63,682 bases of DNA from Lama glama (GCA_028534125.1 CM052817.1:107448319-107512000), one strand, 5' to 3'; counted from the first letter of the stretch, positions 12,350-25,371 are shown. The notes: a model not told the origin generated them from the sequence alone. Translations and numbers: made by a program.

Positions 12350-12590
12350 TGGGTATTTACTGTATCAGTCACTAGCACTGAGCACTTTACATACCTTATT
12401 TCATTTCATCCTCAGAACAACGCCATTGCTCAGTTAGGAATACCATCACGGTTTTACAGTTTAGAAGGTAAGGCACAGAGGAGTGAATTGCTTGGGGATC
12501 CCAGAACGAGAAAGTGGCGGGACTGAGAGTCAGACTCTGTCTGATTCTGATTTCAGAACATGTGTTCTTAACCACTCTGCCTCCACTAGT
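12350..12590 (-). mobile_element. MIR SINE
   Basis: TTTACTGT...GCACTTTACATACCTTATTTCATTTCATCCTCAGAACAAC...TTTTACAG...AGGCACAGAG...TCTTAACCACTCTGC. Confidence 0.75.
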
Positions 12591-13199
12591 CCCCCCATAT
12601 TGCCCTGCCTGCGAGCCGCTGAACAACATTCACACTTCTGCCTCCCTCTCTTGGCTGGTGATAGTGTCCTGCATATTATATTTTCACCTGGGTCTCACCC
12701 TTCACGGTCAAGATCAATTATACCTTCAGGCGGACACCCTCTCTGACCATGACGCTGCCGGTGCGGCTGAGGAGAACTGCCCCTCTGTTGGAATCTTTCA
12801 GCGCAAGGACGAGATGCTGGCTGCTTTACTGGTGGCTGCTTACTAGCTAGCAAAGTCCAAGAGGCCCATTCAAGTCTGCGGTTACTGACCCTGAGTGGCT
12901 GACGGCTGACCTGCCCACTGGTTCCCAGCTCACCAGACCGACACGTGGGTGGGACGCTCATCTGTGGCAGGTTAAGAGGAAGCACCGTTCCTCTAGAACT
13001 AGGCAGAGAGGCCGTGGATGCTCGACTGTTTTCCTTCATACTCCTCTCTCCTTTCAAAGAAAATCCCTTTCACGGCTCTCTGGTCCTTACAACTCCTTTT
13101 AGGGATAAAGGACTCTCTCGCCCCTCTTCCTCCCACACCTGCGATCCTCCCGCAAGGCGGCCTCCTCCCCACTGCGCTCCCGGGTGTGTGGACTCCCCT

Positions 13200-13910
13200 C
13201 ATCTTCACTTCTTTCCCCACAGAATCAGCCACTGTCACTTCTTAGTGGCAATGGCCTCCCCCTCTGCCTCTTTCCCACCTGTTCTCCTCACAGCAGCCAG
13301 AGGGATCGTTCAGAAATAAATTAGATCACAAAAATGTCCCCTCGCAGATCTGTGAGCGTCCCGTGGTTCTCAGCATAAAAGCCGAACTTCCTACCCTCCC
13401 CTTCTGCCCTCCCACGAATTGACCCCTCCTATTCGCTGGCTTGGTTTCTTTCCACTTTTCTTGCCTCGCTTAGTTGGGGCCACACCGACTGTCTTGTGGG
13501 TGAGCTACGTGTGGTCTTGCTTGAAGGTTTTCGGGTAGCTGGTTCCACCCACCTGGATGCCTGGATTGTTCTCCCCTGGGGCCCTGGCTGCTTACTCCTC
13601 ATCATTCAGGCCCCCCTTAGACTTTGGATCACTCTGTCTGAAGATTCTTCACAATCCTTGCCGGTTACTATCCTGTGACACTGTCCTTTTTTTTTTCTTC
13701 TTCACAACGCTTTCTACTGTCTGAGACATTTTATTTATTAGTTTACTTCTTCTGGGACTTAAATATCACCGCCAGCGTGTAAATTCCCTTACTGAGGGTG
13801 CTTTGTTATTCTGTCCGCGATTGATTTTCAGTGTCTGTGTTGGTGCTGGGGAATATTGTACGAATTCAAAAAAAAAAATGAGTTCAAGGAAAGAAAGAAT
13901 GAATAATTGT
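13200..13910 (+). mobile_element. L2 LINE 3' region
   Basis: CACAGCAGCCAGAGGGATC...AGATCA...AGCATAAAAGCCGAACTTCCTA...ACCTGGATGCC...GAAAGAATGAAT tail. Confidence 0.7.
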
Positions 13911-14013
13911 CCATATATCTGAAACATTTAGAATGGTCTGTTATTAAATGGATCTGACTATTTTTCCTTTTAATTCCATTAGTTCCTAGTTCATAGGTTT
14001 TTTAAAAAAAACC

Positions 14014-14330
14014 TTTTATTGACGTATATACAGTGACAGTGCATCAGTTTCTGATGTACAGCACAATGTCCCAGTCATTCATTTACATACATACACTCAT
14101 TTTCATATTCTTTTTCATTAAAGGCTATTACAAGATATTGAATATGTAGTTCTCTGTGCTATACAGAAGAAACTTTTTTTTAATCTACTTTTATATATAA
14201 TGGCTAACACTTACAAATCTCAAACAACCAAATCTACCCCTTCCCACTCCCTTACCCCCAATAACCATATGGTTGTTTACTATGTCTGGGAGTCTGTTTC
14301 TGTTTTGCAGCTGAGTTTACACGTGTCCTC
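14014..14330 (-). mobile_element. Short camelid-type L1 3' fragment
   Basis: TTTTATTGA...GATGTACAGCACAATGTCCCAGTCAT...GTGCTATACAGAAGAAAC...GAGTCTGTTTCTGTTTTG; near-paralog of 25372-25683. Confidence 0.85.
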
Positions 14331-16260
14331 TAGTTTTTACATGGTGGTGCTGTGAAGATCTCTTTAGTAGCCATGGCATGGGACCTGTACGGAGGACTAG
14401 CTTTTCAGTAAAGCTGGTGGTGGAATAATACTGTTTTTACCACAGCTGTAGTTTGTCATCAAATGACGGTGAAAATCTGAAAGATTGGATTTTAGATTCA
14501 CAGTCTAGAATATGCATCTGCATTAACTGCATGAATAAACATTTATTTTCCTAGATTAGCTAGGTTTCTTTAAATTGACATGAGATTAAATTAGCATAAG
14601 ATTTACTTTTCGGGGGAAACAATAAACAAAACTTTGTGCTTTCATGTGCATGGAATTCTTTCCGTCCACCTGTGGAAACCCTATTGCGTACACCAATATT
14701 GCAACTCCAGAATGTATGTAATTTTCTGACTATGTTATTTCTAGAGTTAGTAGAGTTTCCAAATGTGCATTTAATTTACACCAGAAAGTAATTTATCCAG
14801 TGGAAAGACATCCCTTAGTCCAGCTGAAGGTGAATCACTTTTTTTTTTCATAAATGTATTGAAAACTATTTTTTTAGTGTTCTGTGACCTGTAGTTAAAA
14901 CATTTCTAGTTGTATCAGAAGCTATTAGCATGTTTTTTGACATAATGTGTATAGTATTTGAAAAAGAGCCCACTTTCAGTCATGTATCTCTTTTAGTTCA
15001 TTACCTGAGTTAATAATTACCTGTGAGAATGATATAATGTATTCTTACTTTAAAGATCTGGGCAAGCAGTTTCTCTAGATGGTGTGACCACAGTTCTGCA
15101 CTTTTAAGGGAGATTACAAATGTGCTGAGGGTTGAAAGTGTCTTGATGCATTTTCAATGGGAATAAACAAATATCTTCGCTTGTATCCACTTGACACGAT
15201 AGGGAAGTACAGCTAAATATTTGATAATATATGTTTTGCAAATTCTCAAGAGTTCGTATTTTACTAATGTATGTCGTTCTAATTATTATTTCAAACCCCT
15301 AGGCTTTGTGTTTATAATTCCTGTTTGTCCAATGCCCCATGCTTATAGGATATAACCAAATATACTTCTTTCTTGGTTATTCCTTTTTAACCCTTTCCCA
15401 CCAATATCAGGCAGTTGGACCGTACTTTATTGCTCAGGGAAGGGAGACCAGAAAAGAACTTTTCTAGAATGGTCAACTGCCAGAAACAGTCAACTGCAAA
15501 TCCAGATGCCTGAGAGACAGAGAGATTTTTTTTTTAATTTTAATAAGCTTTTTTGAACGCTTGGCTTGAAGATCAAGACCAAAGACTGAAGGACACAGGG
15601 CATTGAGTTTTTCCACAGCCTGTAGAGGAGGTTAAGTGTGTTGCCCTGACCTTGGTGAGAGCTACACGTGAGAACAAAGCATCCTGTCCCATTGGAATTT
15701 CAAGCTCCCTGGGGGAAGGGAGGAGGTGGGAGTCAACAAGGGTGGGGGCGTTACCCAAGCAAAGGTGATTCTCCTCTTAGATTCTAATACGCAGCCCAAG
15801 GGAAGGGCATGACTCTGGAAGAAGCCTATGCTCTGGTTGGTGCAAGAGGCCGGGTGGCAAAGGGAGAGGTAAGGCAGAAATGGGGGTCTCAGTGAGCCCC
15901 AAGTCTCCCTTGGTCCTTGACAGGGGAGGAAGGACTTCGGGGTTTTCTTAGGCTCGCGGGAGAAGGCTGGCTGGGAGCAGACAGTCCACGGGAAGTAGCC
16001 TTGTTGCTTGGGTGGGAAACATGGGTTTTCTGGCCTGGTAGCTGGAGAATGTGAAAGTTTTGCATGCTTAGTAGGTACTGATGCCAACACCCAGAGCAAT
16101 GAGTGAAATAATCCATGAGAAGCTGGCAACAGAAGTAGATATTCAGCCCTCTACCTGCCCCTCCACGTGGATGTTTCAGAAGCTGCCTTTGAACTACTGG
16201 GCGGAAGCTATTGGGCGGAACCGGAAAAGGGCAGACCAAGTAAGAATTCTTCAGTGATTG

Positions 16261-16760
16261 NNNNNNNNNNNNNNNNNNNNNNNNNNNNNNNNNNNNNNNN
16301 NNNNNNNNNNNNNNNNNNNNNNNNNNNNNNNNNNNNNNNNNNNNNNNNNNNNNNNNNNNNNNNNNNNNNNNNNNNNNNNNNNNNNNNNNNNNNNNNNNNN
16401 NNNNNNNNNNNNNNNNNNNNNNNNNNNNNNNNNNNNNNNNNNNNNNNNNNNNNNNNNNNNNNNNNNNNNNNNNNNNNNNNNNNNNNNNNNNNNNNNNNNN
16501 NNNNNNNNNNNNNNNNNNNNNNNNNNNNNNNNNNNNNNNNNNNNNNNNNNNNNNNNNNNNNNNNNNNNNNNNNNNNNNNNNNNNNNNNNNNNNNNNNNNN
16601 NNNNNNNNNNNNNNNNNNNNNNNNNNNNNNNNNNNNNNNNNNNNNNNNNNNNNNNNNNNNNNNNNNNNNNNNNNNNNNNNNNNNNNNNNNNNNNNNNNNN
16701 NNNNNNNNNNNNNNNNNNNNNNNNNNNNNNNNNNNNNNNNNNNNNNNNNNNNNNNNNNNN
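16261..16760. other. Assembly gap (500 N)
   Basis: Exactly 500 N, a placeholder size. Confidence 1.
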
Positions 16761-16990
16761 AAGGCCTCAGGGTTATGAAACCCAAGTGCTAAGAGTGACC
16801 AATCAGAAACAGCCAACAAGGCTTCAAGCAATCAACAAAGTCAAATCAACAGTTTCCTCGCTTTACTTTGGTAACTTTCTCTCTCTGTCTCCCACTCTCC
16901 CTTTTCAGGTTTGGAGCTGCCCAATTCTAATCCATTTTTGCTCAAGTTAACTATTAAAAATTTTAACATGCCCATTTTATCTTTTAATAT
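16761..16990 (+). mobile_element. ERV1-type LTR 3' part, truncated by the gap
   Basis: GACCAATCAGAAACAGCCAAC...GCTGCCCAATTC...TTTTTGCTCAAGTTAACTATTAAAAATTTTAA...TTTATCTTTTAATA resembles MER4-group LTR ends. Confidence 0.55.
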
Positions 16991-17530
16991 GAAATGTGTG
17001 GCCTAAAAATATGAAAAATTTCTATGATATATGCTATGCTATCTGGTTTCAATAGGCTTAATATTAATGATGGAACAGAATTGTTTAAGTGCAGATCTGT
17101 GTGACGGTTTGTAACATTTCCTTCCACCCTCAAACTCTGTGGCAAAGAATGCTGGCTGGCAGTTCTTTTAACCCTCTTCTGTGAACTCCTCCCCCACTGT
17201 GTGCTTTCTGCAGGAAAAAAAGGACAAACTTCTTTTTTTCCTCCTGAAAAAATTAGTCAGAATAGAAAAGAGACTTTGTGCCCAAGAACAGCAGAGGAGG
17301 ATGTAGCATTAGGGGTGAGGGCTGAATGATAGGGAAATAAGATGCAGATGGGATCCAGGCAGCCTTGGACCAGAAAGAAATCTGGGGGAAAAGAGGCAAG
17401 GCTCCAGGGAATGAAGAATTACAGAGAAGAGGAAAGGACATGGGACTTAATAAAATTCCTGTAGATCTGATACAATCAATGGACTGTTCTTTAAACCTTT
17501 TCAGAGGCATGGATAAAGGTGAATGACCTT

Positions 17531-18140
17531 CATGTATCCAAGGGAACTCTAATTCAAAAAGACACATGCACCCCAATGTTCACAGCAAAACTATTTACAA
17601 CAGCCAAGATATGGAAGCAACCTAAATGTCCATCAACAGATGACTGGATAAAGAAGTTGTGGTATATATATACAATGGAATACTACTCAGCCATAAAAAA
17701 GAATAAAATAATGCCATTTGCAGCAACATGGTTGGACCTGAAGATCATTATATTAAGTGAAGTGGGCCAGAAAGGGAAAGAAAAATACCTTATGATCTTA
17801 CTCATATGTATAATCTAAAAAGAAGACAAATGAGCTTATGTACAAAACAGAAACAGACCACAGACATGGAAAACAAACTTATGGTTACCCGGCGGGGAAA
17901 GGAGGTGGGAAGGCATAAACTGGGAGTTCAAGATTTGCAGATACTAACTACTATATATAAAACAGATAAACAACAAGTTTCTTCTGTTGAAGAAAGAACT
18001 ACATTCAATATCTTGTGGTAACATATAATGAAGAAGAACATAAAAACGTAGATGTATGTTCATGTACGACTCAACTATTATACTGTACACCAGAAACTGA
18101 CACAACATTGTAAACTGACTAGACCACAATAAATTTAAAA
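17531..18140 (+). mobile_element. 5'-truncated L1 with target-site duplication
   Basis: L1 ORF2 C-terminal peptide (ORF 17519-17818) and 3'UTR. TSD AAAGGTGAATGACCTT (17515) / AAAGGTGAAAGCCCTT (18141). Confidence 0.9.
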
Positions 18141-21100
18141 AAAGGTGAAAGCCCTTGTTCTAGATGACTTTCTTAGATCTGAGCCCATTCTAGGACTGGA
18201 CCACATATAATTAATGGCTTTATAACAGTTGCATCATCCGCAACACATACATGCCTTTCCCTGTTCCCTCCGCTGCCTGTACCTCAGAGCCAGCTAGGTG
18301 ATTTCACTGTGTTCTTCTTTTATCTCTGAAGGCTTGCACTCTGCAAACATTGTTTATTTTTGTTCAATCCCATGTGGCCTCAATGCTTCCTTTGATTCCT
18401 TCATGACACACTGCCTTGTTAAATTCCATTCCTGACCAGTACCACATTCAGTCTCCATTTATCTATCCAGGCATCCATGATAACTCTTCCACAGGCAAAC
18501 TGTTGAGAGGATATAGTCATCTTAACATATTTGGCCTTGACTTATCTGTTTGCATGTTAATTTAATAATTCTAGCCTGTGTGCCTGCATGTCCGTCTTAT
18601 GTGTCTGTCTTCGGTCTGTACTTAGAGGGGAGGGAGGACATGTACTTAATTTATTCTCCTAGGTAATCATGATAATGGACCAGGAGAGAGTATGGAACTT
18701 GCTACATCTATTAGCTTAGAAACTTTGAAAAAGATGCCTAAGAGAACAGCAGCATGCCAAGAAGATTTGTACAGATTTTTTTCCATTAAAGTGGACTTGA
18801 TGGACAGTTGATTTGCCCCAGTAGTTCACGTCCAAACTGGGGATGGATGCTCAGTTGCTGAGAAAAGTTATTAAACGTCAACTAACAAAATAATCCCTTT
18901 TTCCAGGGAGCAGAAATTCCTGTGCTATGAGCTCGGGACAGCAGGGGTAAGGACTGCAATCAGGAGGGCAGAAATAAAAATCTATATTTAACTCAGCCAA
19001 GCTTGCCACCTCTCCTGATCTCAACACAAAGAGGGGAGGTTAAATGGAGGTTATGAGGAGCTGACGGACAGCGTGATGGGTGATGTCTTCACGTCTAAAT
19101 TTGAAATGTGTGAGAAAGTAGGAACATTTATAAACCATGAGGCAGTTTTGCAATTTCCAGCAAATCAGCTGCAACAGAGAAAGCACAAATGGCAAATATC
19201 TGGACCACTGAAAATGAGTCCAACATCTCCAGTCTGCTCTGGGAAAAACCTATTAAAATACCAAAAGGCCGGGGTAGGGTGGGAGCAGCTGAGGATGAGA
19301 GAAAAGGGAGACAAGAAAGATGTGGATGGGAGTGGACATGGGAGTGGCCATAGTGGCACGTGATTGGCGTTCTCAGTGCTGATGCACCTGAGGTCTTAAT
19401 TAGTTATTCTCATTCATTTATAACTGTGATGTGTGTCCTGTATAAACTCTTCCCCAAAAGCTGTGTGGGGTGGCTTCTCTGACCTCTCTCAGCAGAGCCA
19501 GGCACACACATTTAGACACGCTGTTCAGAATTTGTCAATTCATGTCGATTTGCACATCTCAGTCTCTAACATTTCAATTTTCAGTCTGTAAAGTCAGGTT
19601 TATCTGTTTAAAAATGGCTGCAACTACAGAAGTCATGCACGATCATGACTTCCTTACATGGAGTATTGGAACCAACTTACTAAATATTGCAAAAATCAGC
19701 CCAAAATGTCCATGAATAGCTGCAAAATGGGGGTGGGTGGGGGAAGACCTGCATACAGTGTGTTTAATATGCAACTGTCCTCTAATCGGTGAGGAGGGGA
19801 TCTTAGGGAGAAGAGGTGGGTAGAAATAAGAATTCTGATGACAAGGTTTGGAACCAAGAGGGGACAGTTTCTTTCACGTAGATTTTGTCCGGAGGGGTGG
19901 TGAGATAGACTAAGAAAGAGAGAAAACCATTGAGATTTAAAAGGAGAAATCAAGTGCGAGGGGAGGAAGGGGACCTGGTTGATTAGAACTGGGTGTCAAA
20001 TCTGGGCCCCCCGGAGGCCCTATGAGGAGGAGCTGCTGGAACTCCACGTGGAGGGATGAGAAGGGAGAAACTGACCACAGAGCAGGGTCAAAACCCCAAG
20101 GCAGTGGGAACATGGCCAAGGAGATTCATACACAGTGTTCCCTTTATTTCAATGCCTGGAGCCAAAATGCAAAGACAGCCTCACCCTGCCAGGTGAACAG
20201 GAAGTCGAGCCGGCAGAGAGAATTTACTACCAGCGTGGGAGTTATTTGCTAGCAAATCATGAATGGCAGATACCTTTGGGTAGCATCGCACGGCAGTGAA
20301 GTTGGGTTGCCTGGCTTCTGTAAGCCTCCTTTAAATCCCCAGGAAGCTGTAAAACACATGACTCCATCTCAGGAAATCGTGTGTGTGCCAAAGTGGGGCA
20401 AAGGAGGAAACAATGAGTTTGGGGGGCTCTACTCTGTATGAGCAGATCTCAACTGTACCTCCTCCCCCTCCTGTACCTCAAGTACCAGCCTCAGCACAGG
20501 CACAGAGGCAGAAGACTCAGTATTTTGGGGGTTGGGGAGGAAGGGGTTATAGGAGAGGTGGAGCACATAGGTATTTGGTGCCTAAGCTACTTGCGGGCAT
20601 CTAGGGGAAAGAGGCACTGTCTTGAAAGGAGAGGCAGAGAGAGTCTGAGAGTACAGATGCCTCCCGGGAAGCAGACGGTTTCCTTCCTCCTGTCCAGCAA
20701 CCCTCAGTGTCCCGCAGCCTGCAGCCCACAGCCTCCCCCGCCTGGGTGGGATGCCCCAGGGCCCCGTGCCTTCGTCTGCACAGTGCGTGATGAAAACACT
20801 GCATCTTTAAAGATGACGTAGTTGTCTGGGGAGCAGCATGGGCGCGAGGAACGTGGATGCGAAAACACCCACTGGATCTGAATTCACTCTGAAAAGTATA
20901 GGAGCCCCTTTCTTGTGGGTTCCTCCGGGCCTGACTGCAGGCCTGGACTCAGGAAGGTGTAACCAGGACCCCTCTCTCCTCTGCCTAGTCTCTCCTGGGT
21001 TGTAAGAATGGTTTAAAATGTCGATCTGCCAGACAGGTATGTGGAACGGGATGATACCAGCGTAGCAGATCAGCAAATCTCAATTTTTGAGGCTAGGACT

Positions 21101-21208
21101 GTGCTGGATAATAAATGTATGCGAATAACCTTGGTCTAGGTTCTTTGACGGTTCACCCTCTATCCTTCTTGCGAGACTGGAGACCCGCTTTCAGCAGTGA
21201 GTAAAGAT

Positions 21209-21329
21209 GGGGAGGGCACAGCTCAGTGGTGGAGCACGGGTTCTTACTCAGCACTGGGTCCTGGGTTCCATCCCCAGCACCTCCATTAAGTAAATAAATA
21301 CCGAATTACCTCCCCCTCTCCAAAAAAAA
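21209..21329 (+). mobile_element. tRNA-Ala-derived camelid SINE (vic-1 type)
   Basis: GGGGAGGGCACAGCTCAGTGGTGGAGCAC...GTCCTGGGTTCCATCCCCAGCACCTCCATTAA...ATTACCTCCCCC + poly(A); degenerate TSD AGTAAAG. Confidence 0.85.
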
Positions 21330-21638
21330 GTAAGTAAAGGATAAGGAAGCTGACAGCAAAAGGGAGCCCAGCCACCTGGCCTCCGTCTCCTCCTGGGCGA
21401 GAAATGAGGGCGTTGAACTCTAGAAGCTTTATGTTGAACTCAAAAAGTCTAATTTTATGAAACTTAAATTAAAAAAAAATACTTGAGAGACAGAAGAGGA
21501 AACTGTTTAACCAAATTGCAATTTACTGGTGACTCAGACAGCTGGAGGCAGGAAAAGAGACTTCATATAATTTTTCCTTAAATGAATTAGATAAGAATCA
21601 AGAGAAAAGACTGTTAGGAGACAATAGTACAACTAAAT

Positions 21639-22057
21639 TTTTTTTAATTGAAGTACAGCTGATTTACAATGTTGTGTTAGTTTCTGGTGCACAGCATAGT
21701 GATTCAGTAATACATATATATATATTCTTTTTCATATTCTTTTTCACTATAGGTTATTACAAGATATTGAATATAGTTCCCTGTGCTATACAGTAGGTCC
21801 TTGTTGATTATCTATTTTATATACAGTAGTGTGTGTATGTTAATCTCAAACTCCTAGTTTATCCCACCTCCCCTTTGTAACTAAGTTTGTTTTCTAGGTC
21901 TGTGAGTCTTTTTCTGTTTTGTAAATCAGTTCATTTGTGTCATTTTTCAGATTCCACAGATGAGTGACATCATATGACATTCATCTTTTCTCTGTCTGAC
22001 CTACTCCACTCAGTATGATCATTTGTAGGCCCATCCATGTTGCTGCAGTTTTTTTTT
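21639..22057 (-). mobile_element. 5'-truncated L1 3' end with 11-bp TSD
   Basis: Typical 3'UTR flanked by TACAACTAAAT at 21628-21638 and 22058-22068. Confidence 0.9.
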
Positions 22058-23539
22058 TACAACTAAATATTTTTATCAATGAATTAAGTCATGTCATTGA
22101 ATGGCCTCTCAGTTCAAGCTCACACTCAACCCTCTACCAAAGACAAACAAAAAAATGACTTAAAATCTCAACTGCCTTCTGGAAAGGGTGAATCTCATTG
22201 TTAAAGAGTACATCAGTTATCGGCTGTCCCTCTCTGTAGCCAGTCCCGTGGGTGGGCATGGGACTGAGTTTGGAGGCAGGAGCTCGACAGGAGAGAGCTC
22301 TGGGTGGTCCTTCATGACAGAATGAGAACTGAAGCCCCTGGGGCCACGTCAGGGTGGGGGTGGGGGACAAGCTGAGGAGGAAGGCGGGGGAGGAGGGGGA
22401 GAGGGACCTGTGCACAGACCAGAGACCAGCGCTCCACGTGGCCTGGAATAGCCCTTGAAAACGGCCAAGGGTCCCCATCCCCAAAGATCATTCTCACATT
22501 TTCAAGAGCACTGATTATTTTAAACAGATATATTCATTATAATAGAAGATTTAAGAAATAAGGAGACTCTAGTTAATTCCAATAATATTGAAATAATTGT
22601 AAAATAAATCTATTTAACAGAAATCAAATCTCCGAATTACAATAAAATGCACCTATTTTACAAGAAAATAGCAATTTCAAATGCAAATAGCCAGAGACCC
22701 CACTTTATACTGTCCTTTTCCCCCCACTCAACATTTATCTTTGCTGTGCTAGAGACTAATACCGAAATTTGAAATACACACAACTTGCCCCTGTTTAGCT
22801 CCAAAGAAGGGAAGGGCTTCTGGTTTCAGTGATGGACCCTCGTGGTTCTGGTCAGGGTGACGGGTGGAGATGCAGAATTGAAGAGGATGAGAGAGCACTG
22901 GATGGCTGTGCGTAAGATGGGAACCAGAGCCACTGGGCTGTGGAGGAAACGAGGGGCCAAAATACCCAGGAGGAGGGAGAGGTAGGCTCAGGTAAGAGGT
23001 AAGTCACTCGGTACTGGCCCTTCCTCTGTGTATAGCTCTGGGCCGGGGGCTGCAAACAAACGTGCTTCCCGAGCAAAATCCTAGAGGCAATACAGGTTGA
23101 GTCTAACTTTCCTTACAAATTATTTAAGCATGTGTCTCCATTCATCAATTTTTGGCACACACTGAGAATGTATGTAAAGCAGATGGTACCAGCTCATAGG
23201 AAAGATTTGTAAATACCACCTGGGTGGATTTCTCAGACGCCCCTGGGATGGGGAGGGCCTTGCTCTCATGGAAACTTTGTTTTTGTTTGGATTCACCAAT
23301 GACCTTGGGCTGGTCAATATTTCTCTATTGCTTAATAACTAAAATGGAGAAATATGTAACTTGCTGAAGGATCAGTAGGCTAGATGAGCGGTCCTGTTCT
23401 GGTCCCTTTTAATTCTAAGATACTGTAGCTTTAGAAAATATTAGCACTGAATCAAGTTTTACTAGCACAGGCCTTCCAAGGACACAGACTTGGACTGAAA
23501 TCTCTTTTGCAAGACCTCTTAAGGATGATGCCAGGGATG

Positions 23540-23690
23540 TGACTTAATATTTCTCATTTTCTGTTTCCTATTTTGTAAAGTAAGAATATCACTTAAAGTT
23601 GTTACTGGGATAAAGTCAGATGATACTTGTAAAGCATTTGGCACAGTTCGCAGTCCACGGAGAGCTCTCAATAAATGGTTGCTATAATGA
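23540..23690 (+). mobile_element. MIR SINE
   Basis: GTGACTTAA...TTTCCTATTTTGTAAAGT...GTTGTT...GTAAAGCATTTGGCACAG...CTCTCAATAAATGGTTGCTAT. Confidence 0.75.
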
Positions 23691-23751
23691 CCACCACATC
23701 CATAACCACCAACACAGAACTTGGAATTAACAGGGTGCAAATGCTCACAGT

Positions 23752-24210
23752 GTGTTTGTTGGGAGATTTTTGTTACTGTTTCAGTCTCCTTACCAGTAAT
23801 GAGTCTATGCAGGTTTTGTTCATTGATGGATGACTGGGTAAAGTAGCTGTGGTATGTACACACAAAGGAATACTACCCAGCCATGAAAAGAATGAAATCC
23901 TGCCACATAAGACAACATGGATGGACGCTAAGTGAAATAAGTCAGATAGAGAAAGTCAAATACCACATGATTTCACTCATATGTGGAATCTACAAAAATA
24001 AAACAAAGAAAGAAAATAAAACACAAACTCATGGATATGGAGATTAGATTAGTGGCTGCCAGACAGCAAGAGGGTTGTGGGTGTGAAACGGGTGGAGGGG
24101 TCAAGTGTATGGTGACAGATGGTAACTCGACCTTGCGGTTGTGATCGCTCTGTAGTGTATGCAAACGTTGAATTATAATGCTGGACACCTAAAAATCATA
24201 CAGTAAAAAA
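23752..24210. mobile_element. 5'-inverted L1 (minus-strand ORF2 piece fused to a plus-strand 3' end)
   Basis: 23752-23818 on the minus strand encodes NLHRLITGKETETVTKISQQ (L1 ORF2 NLNRPIT..EIE.VIK.LP-like). 23819-24210 is an L1 3' end on the plus strand. Confidence 0.7.
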
Positions 24211-24811
24211 ATGATTATGGTTTTCTCAGTCGAAAAATAAATCTTGCAAGAACACCCAACTCCAGGCATTTCAGCTGAACAATTTTGTCCTAATGTGTAA
24301 TGAAGCTTGCAGAACTCCTTAGTTCACAAATATAATAATTTGTTTTTCTTTATTCAGATGACAATGATGCATTTGCACAGACTTGCTCTTTTTTTTTCTA
24401 TTTGAACAGTAAAAATATGATTCCAAATTCAGAGGAGGGCAGTCCAGACTTGTGAGCAACCTTAAAACATGGGAGGTGAGATGTTAGACGCGTCCGTGGT
24501 CTGTGTATTGGCAAGTCTTTTCCTCCAGCTTTTGGAGGTGGGTGGATGCGTCGTGTTCTAATGGTCTGCTTTTCATGTACTAATGGTCTGTCCAGGACCA
24601 TCCCCCCCGCCCCAATCTTGGTCCAGGCCAGTGCCACGACCTAACGCAAATACCAGCTGGCGCTGTAGGTATCCGCGTGAAATCTAACAGTGAGGACCTT
24701 ACCAGCCGGGCCAGTTCTTGGGGAAATACTAAAGGGAATCAAATTTATATTTGAGCCCCTTCTATTTCCTACTTCCTTCCTTGTTCCCTGCCTATCCAAA
24801 GCATTGGAGAT

Positions 24812-24960
24812 GGGGAGGGGACAGCTCGGTGGTAGAGCACATGCCTAGTATGCATGAGGTCCTGGGTTCAGTCCCCAGCACCTCCATTAAATAAATAAAT
24901 GTATAAATAAATTTTAAAAACATAATTACCTCCTCCCCTAAAAATAAAAAATAAACAAAC
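24812..24960 (+). mobile_element. tRNA-Ala-derived camelid SINE (vic-1 type)
   Basis: GGGGAGGGGACAGCTCGGTGGTAGAGCACATGCCTAGTATGCATGAGGTCCTGGGTTCAGTCCCCAGCACCTCCA + AT-rich linker + ATTACCTCCTCCCC + A tail. Confidence 0.9.
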
Positions 24961-25371
24961 TCAGTGTGTTAAGTGAAAGGATTGATTTTTCTTGATGATA
25001 CTGGTTAAGGGCTGAGTAAAGCATTTGCTGATAAGCACTTGTGATACAAGAAGTTGCCAAACGAGTGCAAGGGGTCCCCACAGACCATCACCCAGCTTCC
25101 CCTCGTGGTGCAATCTCACACAACCATAGGACATCATGAATACTGGGAAATCAACATCAGCACAATACAGCCAACTGGACTATAGACGGAGGAGGTTTTA
25201 AGAATAAAGAAATCCTCAAGGCTAAAAGGAAATCTTTTTTTCCCCCTGCACCTTAATGTGGCTCCTCTCTGTGTGCACCTAGGTTTTTGCCCTGTCTCAC
25301 TGTTTGATCATTCTTGAAACGCTGTCTCTTCTCCACTCTAACCCTTCAGAGCAAGGGTCATGCTGCTTTTT

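Noticed and set aside
12555..12568. AGAACA-TG-TGTTCT steroid response element (also GGTCA-n5-TGACC at ~7276)
   Set aside because: Spacer lengths (2 and 5) do not fit the canonical 3-nt GRE/PRE/ERE, and the first lies in a MIR.
12514..13319. Cluster of 75-124 aa ORFs in a moderately GC-rich patch
   Set aside because: No recognisable homology or splice structure; overlaps MIR/L2-derived sequence.
15889..16950. Long ORFs of 200-300 aa (also 36399-37088)
   Set aside because: Artefacts of translating N runs.
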